Source: Candidatus Methanomethylophilaceae archaeon
Lineage (GTDB): Archaea > Thermoplasmatota > Thermoplasmata > Methanomassiliicoccales > Methanomethylophilaceae
Assembly: GCA_017524805.1 (NCBI GenBank)
Contig: JAFXUX010000006.1
Coordinates: forward strand, 389 to 64,388
Direction of reading: 5' to 3'
DNA: 64,000 nucleotides
The position numbers were made by a program, and so were the translations under genes. The notes below the pieces were generated by a model, which had not been told where the DNA came from, ran no database searches, and saw nothing but the letters and a program-made list of their open reading frames with translations. Of the stretch, positions 58,186 through 64,000 are shown piece by piece (within the stretch, counting starts at the first letter, position 1; each line of letters begins with the position of its first letter).

Positions 58186-59412
58186 ATGCTTGAGCTCAGG
58201 AGAGAGAAATACCTTTCCAGGATCCGCCCCTTTTACAAAGATACGGACATCATCAAAGTGCTGACCGGGGCCCGCAGATGCGGCAAATCCACCATTTTGA
58301 GGCAGATCATCGACGAGCTCCGCGAAGAAGGCGTAGATGGCCGTTCATTGGTATACCTAGATCTGGACAGCAAAAAATATCTCAGCGTCAGAACGTCGGA
58401 TGCTCTGGAAAAGCTGATCGATTCGGGATTCGGGGATTGCCAAAGCGGCAGATACCTCTTCATCGATGAGATCCAAAATGTCAGAGACTTCGAGCCGCTG
58501 ATCAATGCGTATCGCAACGACGGAGTCTCCGTGTTCATAACTGGCTCCAATTCTTATCTGCTAAGCGGAGAGCTGGTGACCAAACTCACGGGAAGATACG
58601 TGGAATTCAGGATTTCCACGTTCTCTCTGAGCGAAGTCAGAGAATTCTATCGGATAAACGGCATGGCTTTCACCCCGTCAGAAGCGTTTCAAGACTATCT
58701 TCTGAACGGAGGATATCCCAAGAGCTTCGAATATGCCGATCAAGACAGCAAATCGCTGTACATCCGCTCAGTAATCGATGAGACGATAGAGAAGGACATC
58801 CTAAGGAGCAAAAAGGTCAGAAACAGGGCTCTGATGGGAAAACTTCTCGATTATATTCTTTCGACGCCGGGCGCGGAGATATCTTCCACATCCATAGCCG
58901 ATTATCTGCGCTCCGAACGCATGATGACGACCCCGAACACTGTGAACGGCTATCTGGATCTGATATTCTCCAGCAAACTGGCGGACAAGTGCGTTCGCTT
59001 CGATATCTTCGGAAAGAAAGCCCTGAAAACCCATTACAAATCATACGTCGCCGACATATCCCTCCACACATCTTATCCCAATGTCAGGCGCGACCTGAAA
59101 ATGGGGCATATCCTGGAGAATATAGTCTTCAACGAGCTCAGATCCAGGGGATACGACGTCCAAGTCGGAAAACTCAGGGACATAGAGGTAGATTTCGTCG
59201 TCTCGAACAGGAAGGACATCGCCTATATCCAAGTGACATACCTGATGGCATCTCCTGAGACGGAAGAAAGGGAAGAACGCCCTCTCCTGAAGATAGAAGA
59301 CAACTATCCAAAATACATCATATCCATGGATCCGATAGCCATCGACCGCAAGGGAATCAAAAGATTGCGTCTGGTGGAAGATTTCTTGTTGGGAGATGGA
59401 TTCAGATTTTAA
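58186..59412 (+). CDS. AAA ATPase with DUF4143-type C-terminus (COG1373-like), paralog of 53882..55147
   Basis: MLELRREKYLSRIRPFYKDTDIIKVLTGARRCGKST…LFIDEIQ. ATG 58186 is preferred over the TTG at 58171, which lies in the repeat. The stop TAA 59410..59412 lies inside repeat copy 2. Confidence 0.8.
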   Translation: MLELRREKYLSRIRPFYKDTDIIKVLTGARRCGKSTILRQIIDELREEGVDGRSLVYLDLDSKKYLSVRTSDALEKLIDSGFGDCQSGRYLFIDEIQNVRDFEPLINAYRNDGVSVFITGSNSYLLSGELVTKLTGRYVEFRISTFSLSEVREFYRINGMAFTPSEAFQDYLLNGGYPKSFEYADQDSKSLYIRSVIDETIEKDILRSKKVRNRALMGKLLDYILSTPGAEISSTSIADYLRSERMMTTPNTVNGYLDLIFSSKLADKCVRFDIFGKKALKTHYKSYVADISLHTSYPNVRRDLKMGHILENIVFNELRSRGYDVQVGKLRDIEVDFVVSNRKDIAYIQVTYLMASPETEEREERPLLKIEDNYPKYIISMDPIAIDRKGIKRLRLVEDFLLGDGFRF

Positions 59413-59458
59413 CGCGATAAAACTTTTTGATTTTGGAAGTTTTATAACGTTAAATTGC
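59408..59458 (+). repeat. 51-bp hairpin-forming element, copy 2 (downstream of the ATPase gene)
   Basis: tttaacgcgataaaactttttgattttggaagttttataacgttaaattgc. It matches copy 1 at 49 of 51 positions. Confidence 0.9.
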
Positions 59459-59587
59459 GAAACATCTGGGAGATGCGTTCCGGTTGCGGCGATATTCCCA
59501 TGAAAATGACGGACGGATTCCACCCTTAACCTGCACATATCCAGCAACAACAACGATTATATAGTACCAATTAATGCACCATTCATC

Positions 59588-59664
59588 GGACTCGTGGTCT
59601 AGATGGTTATGACGTCGCCTTGACATGGCGGAGGTCGCCGGTTCAAATCCGGCCGGGTCCACCA
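59588..59664 (+). tRNA. tRNA-Val (anticodon GAC), CCA encoded
   Basis: Acceptor GGACTCG/CGGGTCC. Anticodon loop TTGACAT between cgcc/ggcg. T arm gccgg-TTCAAAT-ccggc. Then A-CCA. Confidence 0.85.
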
Positions 59665-59763
59665 TCCTTTATGAATTTCAGTTATTTTTTGAGATTGCAT
59701 TATTCCGATAGTAATGTCGCTTTTATAGAGAATTATTGCCGTTATGACAATAATCATACTTAA

Positions 59764-59826
59764 TACGAAATTCGTAAAATACAATTATTTCTTTTCAGAT
59801 AACATATTATTTCTACGAAATTCGTA
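59764..59826. promoter_or_regulatory. two copies of a perfect 13-bp palindrome, TACGAAATTCGTA, 50 bp apart
   Basis: The copies are at 59764..59776 and 59814..59826, in the AT-rich region upstream of the alanine/cation symporter gene. Confidence 0.45.
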
Positions 59827-59955
59827 ATTATAACTGAATAGTTTAATAAACAATTCTTTTCTTAGGGATGGCATCGGATTGCGGCATGAAACTGGCGGCG
59901 TCTTAGATGCGCCGGCGAAAGGCAACCGCTCATGCAACGGCATGAGGTGTGATAT

Positions 59956-61386
59956 ATGGTCGATCTTCTAACGACTCTGAATGACATGATAGGCGTCTGG
60001 AACACCTACTTCTGGCGCATATCTTTTGTCTTCCTCATCGGTCTGGGAATCATCTTCACAATCAAGCTGAAGGGAATCCAGATAACCAAACTGGGCAGCA
60101 ACGCGAAACTGGCCATTTCCGGCGTGAGCGAAGGCAAAGGGAAAAAGAAACTCTCATCGTTCGAGGCTTTCTGCATAAGCATGGGCGCCCGCATAGGCGT
60201 CGGAAACATCGCGGGAGTCGCGACCGCGATCGCAACCGGAGGGCCGGGAGCGGTCTTCTGGATGTGGATCTTCGCGATAATCGGATCCGCGAGCAGCTTC
60301 ATGGAATCCGTTCTGGCTCAGATATACAAGGAGCAGAAGACGGATGAGGGATACCACGGCGGGCCCGCATACTATGCCACCAAAGGATTGAAAAGCAGGA
60401 AACTGGGGATTTTCGTCGCCATACTGTTGGTCCTGACCTTCGGCGTCGGATTCGTTATGGTCCAGTCCTGCAACGCATCCAACGCGCTGTGCGGGGCATT
60501 CGATTTCGAGAACAACCATCTGGTCTTCGCGGCCATCATCGCCATCATCGCGGCCGGCCTCGTGTTCGGCGGATTCAAGATCATCGGTAAGTTCTCCTCC
60601 ACCGTCGTCCCCCTGATGGCCCTTCTGTGGGTCATCTTCGCCCTGATCGCGATGGCGTTCAACGCCGGGAACATCGGCAATGCCATAGCCAGCATCTTCG
60701 CCAATGCGTTCAGCATCCCCAGCATACTCGGAGGAGGGATAGGAACCATCATCATCACCGGATTGAAGAGAGGCGTGTTCTCCAACGAAGCCGGTCTGGG
60801 TTCCATCGCCAACGTGGCGGCCACCTCAGACATCAAGCACCCCATCAAGCAGGGGAAGATCCAGTCCTTCGGAGTCCTCGTCGATACTCTCATCGTCTGT
60901 ACCATCACCGCGCTCGTCGTTCTTTCCTACGGGACCTTCGACGACATCGTCGGCCTTGGCCTGAAGGGATCCAACCTCGTCCAAGCGGTCGCCAGCAGCA
61001 CTCCCATGGGAGACGCCGCGAACATACTCATCGCGATCTTCATGTTCGTCTTCGCTTTCACCAGCATGATCGGATACTACACCATGAGCGAGTCCAATGC
61101 CAGGTTCGTCAGGGACAACAAAATCACCGTCAACCTCGTGCGCATTGTCGTCATCATAGTCGCGTTCGCGGCGGCTCTCGTCACCGACGTCACCATAGCG
61201 GACAACATCAGCGACACGTTCATGGCGGCCATGGCTGCCGTCAACATGACCATCGTCGCATTGCTGAGCAGGCAGGTGTTCGAAGCTTACGCCGACTGGA
61301 AGAAACAGAAGAAAGAAGGCGTCGAAGATCCCGAATTCCATAGGGATACCCTGTCTGACCCCTCAGGAGTCACGGAATGGGAGTGA
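59956..61386 (+). CDS. alanine/glycine:cation symporter (AGCS family)
   Basis: …SSFEAFCISMGARIGVGNIAGVATAIATGGPGAVFWMWIFAIIGSASSFMESVLAQIYK…, 476 aa. Confidence 0.9.
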   Translation: MVDLLTTLNDMIGVWNTYFWRISFVFLIGLGIIFTIKLKGIQITKLGSNAKLAISGVSEGKGKKKLSSFEAFCISMGARIGVGNIAGVATAIATGGPGAVFWMWIFAIIGSASSFMESVLAQIYKEQKTDEGYHGGPAYYATKGLKSRKLGIFVAILLVLTFGVGFVMVQSCNASNALCGAFDFENNHLVFAAIIAIIAAGLVFGGFKIIGKFSSTVVPLMALLWVIFALIAMAFNAGNIGNAIASIFANAFSIPSILGGGIGTIIITGLKRGVFSNEAGLGSIANVAATSDIKHPIKQGKIQSFGVLVDTLIVCTITALVVLSYGTFDDIVGLGLKGSNLVQAVASSTPMGDAANILIAIFMFVFAFTSMIGYYTMSESNARFVRDNKITVNLVRIVVIIVAFAAALVTDVTIADNISDTFMAAMAAVNMTIVALLSRQVFEAYADWKKQKKEGVEDPEFHRDTLSDPSGVTEWE

Positions 61387-61592
61387 TAAGCATGGAAAAC
61401 ATAAGCAAAGCCATCGCGGTCACCGGAATCGTAGCGGTCCTCATGGGAATCGCCATGGCCTATGTCGAAAGGCACAACGACGACGTGAACGTCGCGTTCA
61501 TACCTCTGGTCATCGGATTCGCCGTGATATTCGTCTTCTTCTACCTCATTACAAAGAGGGACGACGATAAATACGGCAAGATCAAGGAATGA
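61377..61592 (+). CDS. small two-TM membrane protein
   Basis: …MENISKAIAVTGIVAVLMGIAMAYV…FIPLVIGFAVIFVFFYLITKRDDD. It overlaps the symporter stop. The start may be ATG 61392. Confidence 0.4.
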   Translation: MGVISMENISKAIAVTGIVAVLMGIAMAYVERHNDDVNVAFIPLVIGFAVIFVFFYLITKRDDDKYGKIKE

Positions 61593-61654
61593 TCGGAAAG
61601 CGGGGAAACCCCGCACCCTTCTCTTTTCCGGTCGCCACCGATCCGACGGCCGGC

Positions 61655-62788
61655 TCATCCTCTGAACCCTAGGATTGCGATGTTCTCCGAGAGCACCGCG
61701 TCATCGTGGCTTCTGAACCCTATCGTGCCCTCTATCTCGCCGCTGTGCTTGCCAGCGATGGCGGACAGCTCCTTGGAACCGTAGTTGGGCACGGCCTTGG
61801 CGATGACCTCCCCGCCGCAGGCTATCTCCACGACGTCGCCTTTCTCGAAGATTCCCTCGACGGAGCGAATGCCCACCGGGAGCAGAGACTTGTGGTCGAG
61901 GACCGCCTTAACCGCGCCTTCGTCTATGGTTATGCGGCCGGTGGCATGGGCGGATTTGATCCATCTGCGCTTCTTGGAAACTTCGTCCCCGGAAACGAAA
62001 AGGGTTCCCACATCGTCCCCGGCAGCCGTGCGGTAGACCACGCCATAAGCCGCGCTGGACGCTATGATCATGTTGCACCCGGCGTCGCTGCATATCGCAG
62101 CCGCCTCCAGCTTGGTCTTCATGCCGCCGGTCCCGAACCCAGATCCGGCTCCGCCGGCCATCGCCCTTATGGATTCGTCGATCTTGGTCACGACCGGGAT
62201 GAATCTGGCGTCTTTGTTCTCGCTGGGATCGCTGTCATACAATCCGTCTATGTCCGAGAGGATGACGAGGAGATCCGAATCTGTCCTGCTGGCTATGATG
62301 GCCGACAGCGTGTCGTTGTCCCCGAATTTTATCTCTTTGATGCAGACCGCATCGTTCTCGTTGAATATCGGGATCACGCCGTTCTCGAGCAGGGATTCTA
62401 TGGTGTTGTGAAGGTTGATCGCGCTCTCCCTGTCGGAATAGACATCGAGAGTAAGCAGAACCTGGGCGACGGTTATCCCGCATTGCTGGAAGGCCTCGGA
62501 CCATTTCTGCATCAGGATGCTCTGCCCGACGGATGCCGCCGCCTGCCTTATGGGGACCTCGTTCGGCTTTGGCTTGACGCCCATTGCCTTGAGCCCGATG
62601 CCTATCGCCCCGGATGACACCAGGAGGACTTGCTTGCCCTCTTCCCTGAGGCGGGAGACCTGCTCCGCCACCGATCTCATGAAGCGCTCCGACACGGCGC
62701 CGTCCTTTATCAGGGAAGATGTCCCGATCTTCACGACGACGCGCCTGACATCGCCCAAGTACTCTCTTCTGGACGCCATCTGAATCAC
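61655..62788 (-). CDS. proB: glutamate 5-kinase (with PUA domain)
   Basis: VVVKIGTSSL…, VLLVSSGAIGIG, FGDNDTLSA, and a C-terminal PUA region (…KSLLPVGIRSVEGIFEKGDVV). Confidence 0.9.
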   Translation of the reverse strand: MIQMASRREYLGDVRRVVVKIGTSSLIKDGAVSERFMRSVAEQVSRLREEGKQVLLVSSGAIGIGLKAMGVKPKPNEVPIRQAAASVGQSILMQKWSEAFQQCGITVAQVLLTLDVYSDRESAINLHNTIESLLENGVIPIFNENDAVCIKEIKFGDNDTLSAIIASRTDSDLLVILSDIDGLYDSDPSENKDARFIPVVTKIDESIRAMAGGAGSGFGTGGMKTKLEAAAICSDAGCNMIIASSAAYGVVYRTAAGDDVGTLFVSGDEVSKKRRWIKSAHATGRITIDEGAVKAVLDHKSLLPVGIRSVEGIFEKGDVVEIACGGEVIAKAVPNYGSKELSAIAGKHSGEIEGTIGFRSHDDAVLSENIAILGFRG

Positions 62789-64000
62789 TCGAACGGATAC
62801 TCCCTTTCGGAGGGGACATGAAGGAACGGCTTAGCGTCTTTCCCGACGTAATCCTTCACGATCTGGCCGTCCCCGACGAGGACGTATTTGTATATCATCA
62901 GGCCCTCCATCCCCACCGGGCCGCGGGAGTGGATCTTGTTGGTGCTTATCCCGACCTCGGCTCCCTTCCCGAACCTGAACCCATCGGCGAAACGGGTGGA
63001 TGCGTTCACGAACACGTCCGCGGAATCGACTTTCTTGGCGAAGATAGACGCCTTCACCATGTTGGAGGTGATTATCGCGTCCGTGTGATGGGACCCGTGG
63101 GCGTTGATGAAATCTATGGCTTCGGATATCGAATCCACCACTTTCACCGATATTATCAGATCCCCGTATTCGGTGTCCCAATCCTCGTCGGATGCCGGAA
63201 CGGCGGACGGCAGAATCCTGAGCGTCTTCTCGTCCCCTCTGATCTCCACGCCGGCATCGGAGAACGCCTTCCCCATCTTGGGCAGGAACTTTTCAGCTAT
63301 GGCGGAATCCACGAGGAGAGTCTCGGCCGCGTTGCATACGGCCGGGTATTGCGCCTTGGAATCCAGAGCGACCTTCACGGCCATCCCCATGTCGCACTCG
63401 GAATCGACGTACACATGGCATATCCCTGCGGCATGGCCGAGCACCGGGATCTTCGTGTTCGATTGGATATGGCGTACGAAGGCGTTGGACCCGCGGGGAA
63501 TCAGCAGGTCGATGTATTCATGCAGGCCCAGAATGGAATCAATGTCGGACCTCGATTCCATCAGGACGAACGCCTCCTCGGGAACCCCGGCGGAAGCTGC
63601 GGCGCCCCTCAGTATCTCGAAGAGCGAGCGTATGGACTCCAAAGCCTCGCGGCCGCCTTTGAACGCGACAGAGTTGCCGGATTTGAGGCACAGAGACATG
63701 ATCTGCGGGACCACGTCCGGACGGGACTCGAATATCACTCCCAGCATTCCTATGGGGCAGCGGATCTGGTACAGGGTCAGACCTTCGTCAAGGTCCAGAG
63801 AGGACATGACCTCTCCCACCGGATCCTTCAGCTTTATGACGTCCCTTATCCCGGCAATCATGCCGTCTATCTTGGGGCCGTCTATCTTCAGCCTCTTCAG
63901 CATGGGCCCGGTGATCTCTCCGCGCTCCAGCATGGCCTCTGCGGCCGCCATGTCCTTGGAATTCGCCGCAAGGATGGCTTCCCTGTTTGAATCCAGAGCC
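62785..64000 (-). CDS. proA: gamma-glutamyl phosphate reductase (5' end beyond the window)
   Basis: …FESRPDVVPQIMSLCLKSGNSVAFKGG…, CNAAETLLV. The frame stays open to the window edge (…LDSNREAILAANSKDMAAAEAML). ATGA overlap with proB. Confidence 0.9.
   Translation of the reverse strand, partial: ALDSNREAILAANSKDMAAAEAMLERGEITGPMLKRLKIDGPKIDGMIAGIRDVIKLKDPVGEVMSSLDLDEGLTLYQIRCPIGMLGVIFESRPDVVPQIMSLCLKSGNSVAFKGGREALESIRSLFEILRGAAASAGVPEEAFVLMESRSDIDSILGLHEYIDLLIPRGSNAFVRHIQSNTKIPVLGHAAGICHVYVDSECDMGMAVKVALDSKAQYPAVCNAAETLLVDSAIAEKFLPKMGKAFSDAGVEIRGDEKTLRILPSAVPASDEDWDTEYGDLIISVKVVDSISEAIDFINAHGSHHTDAIITSNMVKASIFAKKVDSADVFVNASTRFADGFRFGKGAEVGISTNKIHSRGPVGMEGLMIYKYVLVGDGQIVKDYVGKDAKPFLHVPSEREYPFE

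Noticed and set aside
59870-59955. A possible glycine riboswitch upstream of the alanine/glycine symporter
   Set aside because: Only a loose resemblance exists (gccggcgaaaggcaacc versus the CCGAAGGGGCAA core). I could not find the GGAGAG/CUCUGGAGAG P1 and P3 elements or a tandem aptamer. Riboswitches of this class are not expected in archaea.
61706-63990. Long + strand ORFs 61706..62617 and 62818..63990
   Set aside because: They are antisense shadows of proB and proA with low-complexity, G/R/H/D-rich translations.

Overview
This window is archaeal and GC-rich. It carries a long minus-strand block of information-processing genes at 13.2-21.8 kb: polB, a YchF-like GTPase, ksgA, DUF655, rpoF, L21e, pus10, a KH protein, rio1 and aIF-1A. 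Further core genes are L15e, S15, a RecJ/Cdc45-like DHH protein, kae1, fibrillarin, archease, ilvC, nadX, proBA, a tldD/pmbA pair and an IMPase-NAD kinase fusion. Three tRNAs are present: Glu-UUC, Leu-CAG and Val-GAC. Accessory content includes a BspA-like LRR protein, a Sel1-repeat protein, three DHA2-type MFS transporters, an 1868-aa repeat-built surface protein, one intact IS4/IS1634-type insertion sequence and two COG1373-type ATPases. The most notable signal is amber-codon behaviour. The normally essential kae1 gene and the Sel1-repeat gene each contain a single in-frame TAG at a position where homology or repeat register continues uninterrupted. Nearly every gene I could read ends in TGA, with a few in TAA. 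TAG closes only two ORFs. This fits an organism that decodes TAG as an amino acid, as in pyrrolysine-using Methanomassiliicoccales-type archaea, but that assignment is inference only. Other items worth a second look: a 51-bp hairpin-forming direct repeat with integron attC-like core sites bracketing one ATPase gene next to tRNA-Val; two MFS-surface-protein gene pairs joined by ATGA overlaps; several enzyme homologs whose catalytic motifs look degenerate (DnaQ-like, ThiI-like, phosphohexomutase-like); and a GC-rich ~250-bp candidate structured RNA. No CRISPR array or rRNA was seen. All calls come from reading the sequence and the ORF track by eye, and no search tool was run.
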